DNA from: Bacilli bacterium
GTDB lineage: Bacteria; Bacillota_I; Bacilli_A; ML615J-28; CAG-698
Direction of reading: 5' to 3'
DNA length: 64,000 nucleotides
Assembly (NCBI GenBank): GCA_050174575.1
Contig: JBFXJT010000005.1
Location: 10,553-74,552 of the forward strand
Each line of letters opens with the position of its first letter. Position 1 is the first letter of the stretch. Below the pieces are notes generated by a model. That model was not told where the DNA came from. It saw nothing but the letters and a program-made list of their open reading frames with translations, and did no database searches. The translations under genes and the position numbers were made by a program. This document shows, piece by piece, positions 18,528 to 28,201 of this stretch.

Positions 18528-18608
18528 ATAAACTGTTTTCATTAAAATGCTCTTTATAATTATAAAAAAATTTAGTATAATATGAATATCATTTGATTGA
18601 GGTAATTT

Positions 18609-20528
18609 ATGAAAAAAACATGTTATATCACAACACCGATTTATTATGCTAGTGGCAACGTCCATATAGGGAATTCATACACAACGATTGTTTGTGATGC
18701 TTTTGCTCGCTTTCATCGTCTTTTAGGTCATGATACAAGATATTTAACAGGTATGGATGAGCATGGCCAAAAAATTGCAGAAGCTGCATTAAAAAAAGGC
18801 CTTGAACCTCAACAACTTGTCGATCAAGTTGCCAATGAAACAAAAAAACTTTGGGGAGATTTAAATATTTCTTTTGATGATTTTATTAGGACGACTGAAG
18901 ATCGTCATGTAAAAGTCGTTCAGGCAATATTTGAACGTTTATTGGCATCCGGTGATATTTACTTGGGAAGTTATGAAGGTGATTATTGTGTTTCGTGTGA
19001 ATCTTTTTTTACAAAAACACAAATGAAAGAACCAAATATTTGTCCTGATTGTGGAAAACCTACTAGAATTGTCCAAGAACAAGGATATTTTTTAAAATTA
19101 ACTAAATATCAGCAAGCACTTCTTGATTTTATTGAAAAAAATCCTGATTTCATTCAACCGGTGACGAGAAAAAATGAAGTTGTTGCTTTTGTTGAAAGAG
19201 GTTTAGAAGACTTATGTGTTAGTCGAACATCATTTAAATGGGGTATTCCTGTGTTAAGTGATCCAAAACACGTTGTTTATGTTTGGATTGATGCCCTTAG
19301 TAATTATTTATCCGCTTTGGGATATCTTTCGGACGATGATACAAATTATCAAAAATATTGGGTTAATGGCGATGAGATTATCCATGTTGTTGGAAAAGAT
19401 ATCTTACGATTTCATGCTGTGTACTGGCCAATATTATTGATGGCTTTAAATATTCCCATAAGGTTTAAATTGATTGCTCACGGATGGGTTTTGATGAAAG
19501 AGGGAAAAATGTCAAAATCGAGTGGTAATTTTATTTATCCTCATGAAATTATTGATCGTTATGGTTTAGATGCTTTCCGCTTATTCATGACAAAAGAGAT
19601 GCCTTTGGGACATGATATGGTTTTTTCTTATGATCGTTTTATTGAAAAATATAATGTTGACCTTGCTAATGATTTAGGCAATTTAGTCAGCCGTACAATT
19701 GCAATGGCCAATAAATATTTCAGTGGTCAGGTTGCCAAACCAGAAAACTTACCATTACAAGTTGAAACAGAAGTCGAAGCATTAGCAAACGACGTTTTTG
19801 AAAAGTATCAAAGTAGTTTTGCAAATTTTCGTTTTCAAACCGGCTTAAATGAAGTATGGAATTTAATTAATCGTACAAATAAATTAATTGATGAAACTTT
19901 GCCATGGAATTTAGCAAAAGATCCAAGTCAAAAAGAAACCCTTAATTCTGTCATATATCATTTATTGGAGAGCATCAGAGTTACTGCATTAATGCTGCTT
20001 CCTGTCATTCCCGACACATCAAAAATTATTTTTGAAGAGTTAGGTTTGGACATTCAAGATTTCTCACAATTAATTTATGGGAATACAACAAAATTTACTG
20101 TTGTAAAACAAGCGACTGTTTTATTTAAACGTTTAGACATCGAAGAGGAACTTAATTTTCAAGCATCCAAACTTGCTCCCATTCGAAAAACTACACCGAT
20201 TAAGTCAGAAATTTCCATTGATGATTTTAATAAAATTGATTTACGTGTTGGTGAAATTTTAGAAGCAAAAAAATTAGAAGGATCGGATAAATTGCTTGTT
20301 TTACAAGTGAAAATTGAAGATAAAGTTAGGCAAATAGTTTCAGGTATTGCCCAAGATTATGATCCTGATACTTTAATAGGTAAAAAAATAATCGTAGTAG
20401 CCAATTTAAAACCAGTAAAACTGCGAGGAATGTTATCAGAAGGAATGCTTTTAGCTGCTAGTGGTGATGGCCTACCTTTTGAGGTAGTTGAAGTTGAAAA
20501 ACATGATTCCTATTCTAAGGTGAGCTAA
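18609..20528 (+). CDS. metG: Methionyl-tRNA synthetase with C-terminal Trbp111/EMAP-like tRNA-binding domain
   Basis: HIGH-type PIYYASGNVHIGNSY, KMSKS, zinc knuckles CVSCE/CPDCG, C-terminal IDLRVGEILEAKK...GKKIIVVANLKP. Confidence 0.95.
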   Translation: MKKTCYITTPIYYASGNVHIGNSYTTIVCDAFARFHRLLGHDTRYLTGMDEHGQKIAEAALKKGLEPQQLVDQVANETKKLWGDLNISFDDFIRTTEDRHVKVVQAIFERLLASGDIYLGSYEGDYCVSCESFFTKTQMKEPNICPDCGKPTRIVQEQGYFLKLTKYQQALLDFIEKNPDFIQPVTRKNEVVAFVERGLEDLCVSRTSFKWGIPVLSDPKHVVYVWIDALSNYLSALGYLSDDDTNYQKYWVNGDEIIHVVGKDILRFHAVYWPILLMALNIPIRFKLIAHGWVLMKEGKMSKSSGNFIYPHEIIDRYGLDAFRLFMTKEMPLGHDMVFSYDRFIEKYNVDLANDLGNLVSRTIAMANKYFSGQVAKPENLPLQVETEVEALANDVFEKYQSSFANFRFQTGLNEVWNLINRTNKLIDETLPWNLAKDPSQKETLNSVIYHLLESIRVTALMLLPVIPDTSKIIFEELGLDIQDFSQLIYGNTTKFTVVKQATVLFKRLDIEEELNFQASKLAPIRKTTPIKSEISIDDFNKIDLRVGEILEAKKLEGSDKLLVLQVKIEDKVRQIVSGIAQDYDPDTLIGKKIIVVANLKPVKLRGMLSEGMLLAASGDGLPFEVVEVEKHDSYSKVS

Positions 20529-20529
20529 A

Positions 20530-21789
20530 ATGTTTTTGAGTTCAGATTTAACGACATCGTTTTTTATTCCCATTATTATTTTATTGGGTTTGGCTTCGGT
20601 GTTTAGCTTTTTGATTACTGTTTTGAAATTAAAATTTCTACCAGCTTTTGCAATCGAAATTTTAATTGGCGTAATTATTTCCCACTGGTTTAATGGGTAT
20701 ATGACCGAAATTGGCATGGATTCCTTTGTAGAAGGATTGTACACCTTAGGTCTCGTAATGATTATGTTTTTAAGTGGTTATGATGTTGACTTTGAAATCC
20801 AAGGAAACTTTGAAACAGGGAAATTGCGTCACATTAATTTAATTAAAACAACAGTTCTCGTTCTTATACTTATTTATGCTGCTTCGATGATATCGGCGAT
20901 ATTTTATTTTAATCATTTTACAAATAAATTGTTGGGTATCATTTTGCTCGGATTGATTTTTGCCTCCTCATTTGCTGGGATGATTGTTCCAATATTACAT
21001 GATGGAGGGCTTTCGCACACTGTAATCGGCAAGTTATTGTCTGCAATTGCTAATTTTTCGGAAGCACTTTCAATCATTTTTTTAACAATATTAATGATTG
21101 TCGCAAAAGTAGACCGTCAATACGCATTTATTTTATTGCTTGTTGGGTTAATCTTATTAATTTTCCGAATTTTAAAGAAATATAAAGTGGGCCATTTTTT
21201 TGATAAAATTTCTGAAGGAATTGATCATCTCCCTACAAGAATTATTTTTGTGCTATTATTGTCCATGGTTTTATTAAGTGATCTATCAGGCGGCGAATAT
21301 ATTCTAGGAGCATTTGTAACTGGTATTTTTATTAGATATTCAGGATTTTCCGAAAAAATTATCACGAGTATTACAAGATTAATTTATGGTGTTTTTGCTC
21401 CGATGTTTTTTATCCTTGTCGGAACAAGGATCGATATTTTTGAATTTTTCACTAATCCTCAGTGGCTATTAGTGGTCTTATATATCTTTGTAACGATGAT
21501 CCTAGTAAAATTGCCAGTTTTATATTTATTGAAATGTTATAAAATTTCGACAGTAATTCCCTCAATGATTTTATTATCAAGCACGATAGTTGTCTCAATT
21601 GCCGCTAGCCATGTGGGTGAAAGCTTAGGGATCTTTTCAAGGGAATTTGGTAATTCCATAATTCTTGCAAGTATCCTAATTTGTGTAATTGGAACAATTA
21701 TTTTTGAAATTCGCTTTCCTTTTGGAGAGTATAATAAAAAAACCAAAGAAGAATTAGAAGGAAGTAAGGATGATGTTTGCATTCTTTAA
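20530..21789 (+). CDS. Cation:proton antiporter (Na+/H+ exchanger family) membrane protein
   Basis: 419 aa, about 11-12 hydrophobic segments, short acidic cytoplasmic tail. Confidence 0.65.
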   Translation: MFLSSDLTTSFFIPIIILLGLASVFSFLITVLKLKFLPAFAIEILIGVIISHWFNGYMTEIGMDSFVEGLYTLGLVMIMFLSGYDVDFEIQGNFETGKLRHINLIKTTVLVLILIYAASMISAIFYFNHFTNKLLGIILLGLIFASSFAGMIVPILHDGGLSHTVIGKLLSAIANFSEALSIIFLTILMIVAKVDRQYAFILLLVGLILLIFRILKKYKVGHFFDKISEGIDHLPTRIIFVLLLSMVLLSDLSGGEYILGAFVTGIFIRYSGFSEKIITSITRLIYGVFAPMFFILVGTRIDIFEFFTNPQWLLVVLYIFVTMILVKLPVLYLLKCYKISTVIPSMILLSSTIVVSIAASHVGESLGIFSREFGNSIILASILICVIGTIIFEIRFPFGEYNKKTKEELEGSKDDVCIL

Positions 21790-22687
21790 AAAACGTAATT
21801 TTCGGGTTGTTACTGGAATGATTGTTGGGACGATTATTTATTGTATGAGTATTGTTTGGTTACTCGATTTAGGTCAGTTCTATGCTGGTGGAGTAACTGG
21901 GGTATCACAATTAATATCAGTTGCATTAAGTAAAATTGACATTCACATTAGTAAAACAATATTTATTAGTACATTAAACATCCCCCTTTTTATTATTGGA
22001 TGGCGAGGAGTAAGCAGACGTTTTGCAATCTTAAGTTTAGGTTCTGTTGTATTACAAGTTATTACAATCGGTATTTTAGAATTTTTTGCAAGCAAAGGCT
22101 TTAATCCCTTTATTTCTATCATTCAGAATTCCGATCTTTCAATTAAACAAGGTGGTTTATTGACATTATCCATCTTAGGCGGGCTCCTTTGTGGGGTAGG
22201 CTCAGGAATTTCCTTGCGAGCTGGTGCTTCAACGGGCGGTATGGATATAATTAGTCAATTTGTGTCATTCAAGAAAAACATCCCATTTACAAAGTTCTCC
22301 TTATTTGTTGATCTTGGGATTATCTTCTTGTCAGGTTTTGTAGGAAGCATTGAAATTGCATCTTATACCATTATCAGATTAATTATTACTGTTTTAGTTC
22401 TTGACCGTATTCACACGGTTTATAAATATTTGCGTGTAGAAATTGTTACAACTGAAAAAGAAGCAATGAGGTTGGCTTTAATTGGGCGGTTTAATCATGG
22501 CGTTACAATTATTCCAGCATTTGGTGGGTTTTCAAATAAAGAAAAATGGCTTTTACAAGCAGTTGTCTCAAGTTACGAAGCAGAAGAATACAAAAATATT
22601 GCTATGCAAGTTGATAAAAAATCATTTATTACCTATACTTCGGTCAAACAAATATATGGATTTTTTAACCGCAACGTTATAACTTAA
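21770..22687 (+). CDS. YitT-family membrane protein (DUF161 TM region + DUF2179-like C-terminal domain)
   Basis: 305 aa. GASTGGMDIISQF motif and a soluble C-terminal domain. Confidence 0.7.
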   Translation: MMFAFFKKRNFRVVTGMIVGTIIYCMSIVWLLDLGQFYAGGVTGVSQLISVALSKIDIHISKTIFISTLNIPLFIIGWRGVSRRFAILSLGSVVLQVITIGILEFFASKGFNPFISIIQNSDLSIKQGGLLTLSILGGLLCGVGSGISLRAGASTGGMDIISQFVSFKKNIPFTKFSLFVDLGIIFLSGFVGSIEIASYTIIRLIITVLVLDRIHTVYKYLRVEIVTTEKEAMRLALIGRFNHGVTIIPAFGGFSNKEKWLLQAVVSSYEAEEYKNIAMQVDKKSFITYTSVKQIYGFFNRNVIT

Positions 22688-22741
22688 TTTTAATAAAAAT
22701 GATTTTGCGAGAAAAGAAAACGAGGAATCCATTTATTTTTC

Positions 22742-22854
22742 TTGACTTTTAGGGGTTAATATAGTATCATATACAAGGTACATTTTAAACCCACGCAAAG
22801 CCCTGTGATTTCAAGAATCCACACTTGTTTAAATCATATACAGGAGGAAAAACA
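22742..22854 (+). promoter_or_regulatory. rplM promoter plus ~85-nt 5' UTR (possible L13 ribosomal-protein leader)
   Basis: TTGACT, 17-nt spacer, TATCAT (22742-22770), then an untranslated leader before AGGAGG. The leader identity was not verified by folding. Confidence 0.4.
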
Positions 22855-23292
22855 ATGAATAAATCTTATATGGCAAATGCCAACACAGTTGAACATAAAT
22901 GGTACGTCGTTGACGCAACCGATTTAGTTCTTGGACGATTATCAACCGAAATAGCAACTTTACTTCGTGGAAAAGGGAAACCTACTTACACGCCAAATGT
23001 TGATTGTGGTGATTATGTCATTATTATCAATGCTGAAAAAGTAGCTGTTACGGGAAATAAACTCGATGATAAATTTTATTATCACCACTCAGGATATCCT
23101 GGTGGTATCAAAAGTCGTAGCACTAGACAAATGTTAGATCTTCAACCTCAAAAAGTTTTAGAAAGAGCCATTCGTGGTATGCTTCCAAAAACAAAATTAG
23201 GTGATGATATGTATCGAAAACTTTTTGTTTATGTTGGACCTGAACATCCACATCAAGCCCAAAAACCAGAAGTTTACACATTTAAAGGATAG
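22855..23292 (+). CDS. rplM: 50S ribosomal protein L13
   Basis: ATG 22855 after [27 protein letters not shown] matches the L13 N-terminus. Confidence 0.95.
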   Translation: MNKSYMANANTVEHKWYVVDATDLVLGRLSTEIATLLRGKGKPTYTPNVDCGDYVIIINAEKVAVTGNKLDDKFYYHHSGYPGGIKSRSTRQMLDLQPQKVLERAIRGMLPKTKLGDDMYRKLFVYVGPEHPHQAQKPEVYTFKG

Positions 23293-23302
23293 GAGTTAGA
23301 AA

Positions 23303-23695
23303 ATGACACAAATAAGTTATTATGGGACAGGACGACGTAAAAGTTCGATTGCCCGAGTTAGATTAGTACCAGGAAGTGGTGTTATTACCATCAATGATCG
23401 TAATTTTAATGATTATGTGCCTTCAGCTGCTGTTCGTTTAGATGTTTTACAACCTTTAGCTCTAACTAATACAACTACTAGTTACGATGTTCTCGTGAAT
23501 GTTAATGGTGGTGGCATAAGTGGACAAGCAGGTGCCATCCGTCACGGAATTACTCGTGCCTTAATGGAAGTTAATCCGGATTTTCGTACAGTATTAAAGC
23601 GTGCTGGTTTAGTAACGCGTGATCCTCGAGCAAAAGAACGCAAGAAGTATGGACTTAAAAAAGCTCGTCGTGCACCTCAATATTCAAAACGTTAA
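23303..23695 (+). CDS. rpsI: 30S ribosomal protein S9
   Basis: [21 protein letters not shown]...RRAPQYSKR. Confidence 0.95.
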   Translation: MTQISYYGTGRRKSSIARVRLVPGSGVITINDRNFNDYVPSAAVRLDVLQPLALTNTTTSYDVLVNVNGGGISGQAGAIRHGITRALMEVNPDFRTVLKRAGLVTRDPRAKERKKYGLKKARRAPQYSKR

Positions 23696-23705
23696 TCGGT
23701 ATTTT

Positions 23706-23732
23706 AGCAAGTCAAAAGACTTGCTTTTTTTT
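23706..23732 (+). terminator. Rho-independent terminator
   Basis: AGCAAGTC-AAAA-GACTTGCT followed by TTTTTTT. Confidence 0.85.
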
Positions 23733-23833
23733 CACTATATAAAAATTTGAAAAAAAGCCTTTGTGCTTTACTTTAAACAAAGCAATGTATATAATAATAA
23801 TGCGTAGTTATAATAATTTGGAGATGGATTTCT

Positions 23834-25177
23834 ATGATAAAAATTTTTAACAGTTTATCGAAGATGGTTGAAGAATTCAAACCAATTCGAGAAAATGAAG
23901 TAATGATGTACGTTTGTGGGCCTACAGTATACAATAATATGCATATTGGCAATTCTCGGCCAATTATCTTTTTTGATACAGTAGCAAGATTCTTTCGCTA
24001 CTTGGGATACCGTGTTACCTATGTTTCTAATTATACCGATATTGATGATAAAATTATTAATCGGGCAAAAGAAGAAGGAATTACGGAATTAGAAGTTTCA
24101 GAAAAATATATCCGAGAGGTTGAAAAAACTGTTCATGGCTTAAATTGCCTTCCGCATGATGCAAACCCAAAAGTGACCGAAAATATGGAAGGCATCATCA
24201 AATTTATCAGCTTGCTTCTTGAAAAAGAAGGTGCTTATGTTGTTGATGGCGATGTTTATTTTGATGTGGAAAAAGTTCCTTCCTATGGTCAGCTAAGTCA
24301 ACAATCCATTTCGAACATGCTAAACGGTGTCAGAATTGATCCTAATTTGCGGAAACGTAATCCAATCGATTTTAATTTATGGAAAGCAACCGATGAAGGA
24401 ATTCAGTGGTCTTCACCATGGAGCAAAGGACGACCTGGTTGGCATACAGAATGTGTCGTCATGATTAATGAAATATTTAATGGTAAAATCGACATTCATG
24501 GAGGGGGAACCGATTTAAAATTTCCACATCATGAAAATGAAATTGCTCAAGCTGAATGTGCTTTTAATCACACGCTTGCCAATTATTGGATGCATAATGG
24601 CCGGATTGATTTAGAGGGCGAAAAGATGAGTAAGTCTTTAGGGAACGTGATTTGGGCAAATGATTTACTTGAAAAAGTAAATTATCAGGTTTACCGTTTG
24701 TTAATTTTAAACGTCCCTTATCGTCAACCATTATCCTATCGTCCTGAATTGCTAGAACAATCGAAAAATGATTTTGAAAAAATTTATCGTTCCTATTTGA
24801 CACTATATCGACAAATTGAATTAGGTACAAATGTACAAACAGAAGAAGACAATGATGTTAATGCAATAAAAGAAGAGTTTATTCAAGCCATGTCCGATGA
24901 CTTTAACACGGCTAATGCCATCACGGCCATTTTTAAAATGGTTAAATTAGCAAATAATTTGTTACGAGAAAAAAACCCAAATATTGGGAATTTAAAGCAC
25001 TTGCAACAAGTTTTCGAAGAAATGCTGTGGGTTTTAGGTATGGATATTAAAGTTATTCCTTTAAGTAATCAAGACAAGGAATTGGTTAACCGTTGGCATC
25101 AGGCAAGAAAAGAAAAGAACTTTGCTTTAGCAGATACTTTAAGAACAGAAATTAATGCAAAAGGCATTATTTTATGA
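23834..25177 (+). CDS. cysS: Cysteinyl-tRNA synthetase
   Basis: CGPTVYNNMHIGNSRP (HIGH), WHTEC, KMSKSLGN. Confidence 0.95.
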   Translation: MIKIFNSLSKMVEEFKPIRENEVMMYVCGPTVYNNMHIGNSRPIIFFDTVARFFRYLGYRVTYVSNYTDIDDKIINRAKEEGITELEVSEKYIREVEKTVHGLNCLPHDANPKVTENMEGIIKFISLLLEKEGAYVVDGDVYFDVEKVPSYGQLSQQSISNMLNGVRIDPNLRKRNPIDFNLWKATDEGIQWSSPWSKGRPGWHTECVVMINEIFNGKIDIHGGGTDLKFPHHENEIAQAECAFNHTLANYWMHNGRIDLEGEKMSKSLGNVIWANDLLEKVNYQVYRLLILNVPYRQPLSYRPELLEQSKNDFEKIYRSYLTLYRQIELGTNVQTEEDNDVNAIKEEFIQAMSDDFNTANAITAIFKMVKLANNLLREKNPNIGNLKHLQQVFEEMLWVLGMDIKVIPLSNQDKELVNRWHQARKEKNFALADTLRTEINAKGIIL

Positions 25178-25560
25178 AACCTGAATTATTAAATGGTGCA
25201 AATCTAGCTTTTATAGGTGATGCTTATTTTGAATTATTTATTCGTGAGTATTTAATCAATAAGCAAATTACAAATCAAAAAGAATTACATAAATGTGCAG
25301 TTTCTTTTGTAAGTGCTAGTGCTCATCATCGCATTATTCAGAAATTAGAATCCGAATTAACTGAAGAAGAACTGGCAATCTTTAAAAGAGGGCGAAATCA
25401 TAAATATCATTTGAGTCGAAAGAATGTAAAAATTGATGAATATTTAAGTAGTTCAGGTTTTGAAGCTTTAATTGGATATTTATATTTAATAAAGGATTTG
25501 GAACGCTTATTATTTATCTTAAATAGAGCAATATCGATTATCGAGGAAAAAAATGAGTGA
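25174..25560 (+). CDS. mrnC: Mini-ribonuclease 3
   Basis: ATGA overlap with cysS. LAFIGDAYFELFIREYL catalytic motif. Conserved position after cysS. Confidence 0.85.
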   Translation: MKPELLNGANLAFIGDAYFELFIREYLINKQITNQKELHKCAVSFVSASAHHRIIQKLESELTEEELAIFKRGRNHKYHLSRKNVKIDEYLSSSGFEALIGYLYLIKDLERLLFILNRAISIIEEKNE

Positions 25561-26266
25561 AATAATTTACGGAAAAAATGTTATTCAAGCAGCAATAATT
25601 AATAATTACCCATTGAGCAATGTTCGTTTAACCGCCGATAATCAAGCACTAATCGACTTTCTTAAAAAGCACAAAATAAATTATCAGGTTGTTTCTAAAC
25701 AGGTTTTGAATGAAATTAGTCCAAACCATCAAGGAATAGTTGCTGAAATAAAAGATTTTCCGAATTATTCATTGGATCAATTGATACCGACAGTTTTGGA
25801 TAAAAAGAATAATTCTTTAATTATAGCTTTAGACAGTCTTGAAGATCCTCACAATTTAGGAGCAATACTACGAACAGTCGAAGCTTGTGGTGGAGATGGT
25901 GTTGTTTATGCAAAGAATCGCAGCGTAAAACTGAGTTCGACTGTAGCAAAAGTATCAACTGGTGCGATTTTCAATGTGAAATGTAGTGAAGTTGTCAATT
26001 TAACACAAACCTTAAAGTATTTAAAAACTCAAGGATATTGGATAGTTGGAACAGACGCTTCTGCTAAAACAAATTATGCTAGTTTAAAGTATGATTTTCC
26101 AATTGTATTAGTAATCGGAAGTGAAGGAAAAGGTATTTCCCGCTTAGTTCTTGAACAATGTGATTATTTGGTTTCTATTCCAATGGTTGGAAAAATCAAT
26201 TCTTTAAATGCATCTGTATCAACGGGAATTATTATTTATGAAATAAGAAAACAACAGTGGGAGTAA
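25553..26266 (+). CDS. rlmB: 23S rRNA 2'-O-methyltransferase, SpoU/TrmH family (RlmB/YacO-like)
   Basis: Motifs LDSLEDPHNLGAILRT, LVIGSEGKGIS, IPMVGKINSLNASVS. Confidence 0.85.
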   Translation: MSEIIYGKNVIQAAIINNYPLSNVRLTADNQALIDFLKKHKINYQVVSKQVLNEISPNHQGIVAEIKDFPNYSLDQLIPTVLDKKNNSLIIALDSLEDPHNLGAILRTVEACGGDGVVYAKNRSVKLSSTVAKVSTGAIFNVKCSEVVNLTQTLKYLKTQGYWIVGTDASAKTNYASLKYDFPIVLVIGSEGKGISRLVLEQCDYLVSIPMVGKINSLNASVSTGIIIYEIRKQQWE

Positions 26267-26270
26267 AAAT

Positions 26271-26801
26271 ATGTATCAATATAACGATTATGAATTGTTA
26301 TATTTGATCAATGAAAATGATGATTGGGCATTGGATGTCATGTTTCAAAAATATATCCCATTAATTAAAACACGTATTCGCGGATTTAAAATTAAGTATT
26401 GGAATTATGATGATTTTTTTCAAGAAGGGTTAATTATGTTGCATCGGGCAATTCAAACCTTTAATCCTGACTCGCGAAAAACATTTAATAAGTATTTTGA
26501 TTTAATTTTGCAAAGAAAATTTATTCAAATTTTAAAAAAAGAAAGTAATCATTTTTACAATGTTGATTTAGTAGGAATTGGGGAGACACTCATGGAGACA
26601 ACTAATTTTCCCCAACCCATTATTGATTATCAAGAAATCATTAATAAATGTCATTTTAGTAAATTTGAAAGTAAAGTATTAAATTTCCTGACACAGGGCG
26701 AAAAAATAATTTATATCGCTAATACTTTAAATGTGACTGTAAAACAAGTTTATGACGCTAATGATCGGATTCGTCGAAAGATGAAAGCGAATCAGAATTG
26801 A
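26271..26801 (+). CDS. sigH: Small sigma-70-family factor in the SigH position
   Basis: 176 aa. Region 2-like FFQEGLIMLHRAIQTFNP and region 4 HTH IIYIANTLNVTVKQVYDANDRIRRKM. Occupies the sigH slot of the Bacillus cysS...rpmG-secE-nusG array. Confidence 0.6.
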   Translation: MYQYNDYELLYLINENDDWALDVMFQKYIPLIKTRIRGFKIKYWNYDDFFQEGLIMLHRAIQTFNPDSRKTFNKYFDLILQRKFIQILKKESNHFYNVDLVGIGETLMETTNFPQPIIDYQEIINKCHFSKFESKVLNFLTQGEKIIYIANTLNVTVKQVYDANDRIRRKMKANQN

Positions 26802-26802
26802 C

Positions 26803-26831
26803 TTGACAGTTTGCGTTTTTTTTGATAAAAT
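26803..26831 (+). promoter_or_regulatory. sigma-70-type promoter for rpmG-secE-nusG
   Basis: TTGACA, 17-nt spacer, TGaTAAAAT (extended -10). Confidence 0.6.
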
Positions 26832-26856
26832 ATATTAGTGAATTTTAGGGAGTCGT

Positions 26857-27006
26857 ATGGCTGATAAAGTAATCTTAGTTTGTGAAGAATGTTTGTCTCG
26901 CAATTACACATTTAAACGTAATAAATTGACTAACTCCGAGCGGATGGTTATCAAAAAGTTTTGCAAAAAATGCAATAAACATACAATCCACAAAGAAACC
27001 AAATAG
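26857..27006 (+). CDS. rpmG: 50S ribosomal protein L33
   Basis: Not in the supplied ORF track (49 aa). My translation is [49 protein letters not shown], with the CxxC...CxxC zinc ribbon. Sits in the conserved slot before secE. Confidence 0.9.
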   Translation: MADKVILVCEECLSRNYTFKRNKLTNSERMVIKKFCKKCNKHTIHKETK

Positions 27007-27015
27007 GAGGGTATT

Positions 27016-27453
27016 ATGCCAACAGAAACAAAAAAAACAAATAGCATTTTAGCTATTTTTACAAAAGAATACAAATATGAAGGTCTTGTTCTTTTGTTCT
27101 TATCACTTATTGCAATCGTTCTAGGATCGATGGTCTTAATTGGTGAGAGCTCTGGGGGAAGCAATGGATTATCAATTAATGAAAATGTATTTTTGATTGG
27201 TGATTATCCAAAAGCCTTTGCTTGGATTTTAATTATTCTTGGTGTTATGTCATTGGTTTTAGCTGTTTGGCCATTTTTCCGTCCTTCAATAGCTGAAGTC
27301 AAAAGAGTGTCTTGGCCTTCAAAGGGAACTTTGTTCCAAAACACAGCTATTGTTTTTGCTTTTATTTTAATTTTATCTTTATATTTCTTATTGGCTGATT
27401 TTGTACTTGGCTATTTATTGCAATTCTTTGAATGGCTTGCTGGAAAAATGTAG
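27016..27453 (+). CDS. secE: Preprotein translocase subunit SecE, long three-TM form
   Basis: Conserved C-terminal part EVKRVSWPSKGTLFQNTAIVFAFILILSLYF. Two additional N-terminal hydrophobic segments. Position between rpmG and nusG. Confidence 0.85.
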   Translation: MPTETKKTNSILAIFTKEYKYEGLVLLFLSLIAIVLGSMVLIGESSGGSNGLSINENVFLIGDYPKAFAWILIILGVMSLVLAVWPFFRPSIAEVKRVSWPSKGTLFQNTAIVFAFILILSLYFLLADFVLGYLLQFFEWLAGKM

Positions 27454-27459
27454 GCGTAT

Positions 27460-27996
27460 ATGAATGAACGCGCTTGGTATATAGTTCAAACTTATTCGGG
27501 TTGTGAAAATGCCGCGAAGAAAAACATCGAACGTCGCATTGAATCAATGGATATGGGGAATTTGATTTTCCGCGTATTAGTACCCGAAGAAAAAACCATG
27601 GAAAAAAAGAAAAACGGCGAATTACATGAAGTAATCGTAAAACCTTATCCTGGTTATGTTTTCATTGATATGATTGTCACAGATGAATCATGGTTTATGA
27701 TTCGTAATACACCGATGGTTACAGGCTTTTTAGGATCTTCTGGTGGCGGTGCAAAACCTGTTCCATTGACAGAAGAAGAAATGGTGCCATTGTTAAAAAT
27801 GTGTGGTATTTCTACAGAAAAAGCTTTTGATGGAAAAATCGGTGGGAAAGTTATTATTACATCAGGAACCTTTGCTCAACAAGAAGGAATAATTGATGCT
27901 ATCGATACTCAAAAAGGTGTTGTGAAAGTTTTAATTTATGCTTTTGGACGAGCTACTCCTGCTGAATTATCTTTCAATGAAGTAAAAATTATTTAG
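27460..27996 (+). CDS. nusG: Transcription termination/antitermination factor NusG
   Basis: WYIVQTYSGCE NGN start and a C-terminal KOW region. Confidence 0.95.
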   Translation: MNERAWYIVQTYSGCENAAKKNIERRIESMDMGNLIFRVLVPEEKTMEKKKNGELHEVIVKPYPGYVFIDMIVTDESWFMIRNTPMVTGFLGSSGGGAKPVPLTEEEMVPLLKMCGISTEKAFDGKIGGKVIITSGTFAQQEGIIDAIDTQKGVVKVLIYAFGRATPAELSFNEVKII

Positions 27997-28005
27997 TGAA
28001 TATTT

Positions 28006-28046
28006 AGGTTCAGTTCGTTTAAAAATGACTAATTGAACCTTTTTAA
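28006..28046 (+). terminator. Rho-independent terminator after nusG
   Basis: AGGTTCAGTT ... AATTGAACCT (one mismatch) followed by TTTTT. Confidence 0.6.
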
Positions 28047-28072
28047 TTGCTTTGAAAATCATTTTAAAATGA

Positions 28073-28101
28073 TTGACATTATTACTCAAATATGGTACAA
28101 T
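28073..28101 (+). promoter_or_regulatory. sigma-70-type promoter for rplK-rplA
   Basis: TTGACA, 17-nt spacer, TGgTACAAT (extended -10), followed by a ~100-nt leader. Confidence 0.65.
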
Positions 28102-28201
28102 ACTCTAGCGTGCAATAATCGCAAATCACTATTTTATTATTCGTGGGAGAGTTATAAAACTCACATTTTACCACATCACGGACAAAAAGGAGGTGTGTCT
28201 C

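Noticed and set aside
18528-18608. T-box leader upstream of metG, and likewise upstream of cysS (23733-23833).
   Set aside because: The spacers left after the preceding terminators are only about 80-100 nt. That is too short for a T-box, and no T-box 14-mer-like GGTGGTACCGCG sequence or terminator/antiterminator pair is present.
26904-27164. 86-aa - strand ORF across rpmG and the start of secE.
   Set aside because: It is antisense to two conserved genes in a conserved array. The real small gene here is rpmG on the + strand (26857-27006).
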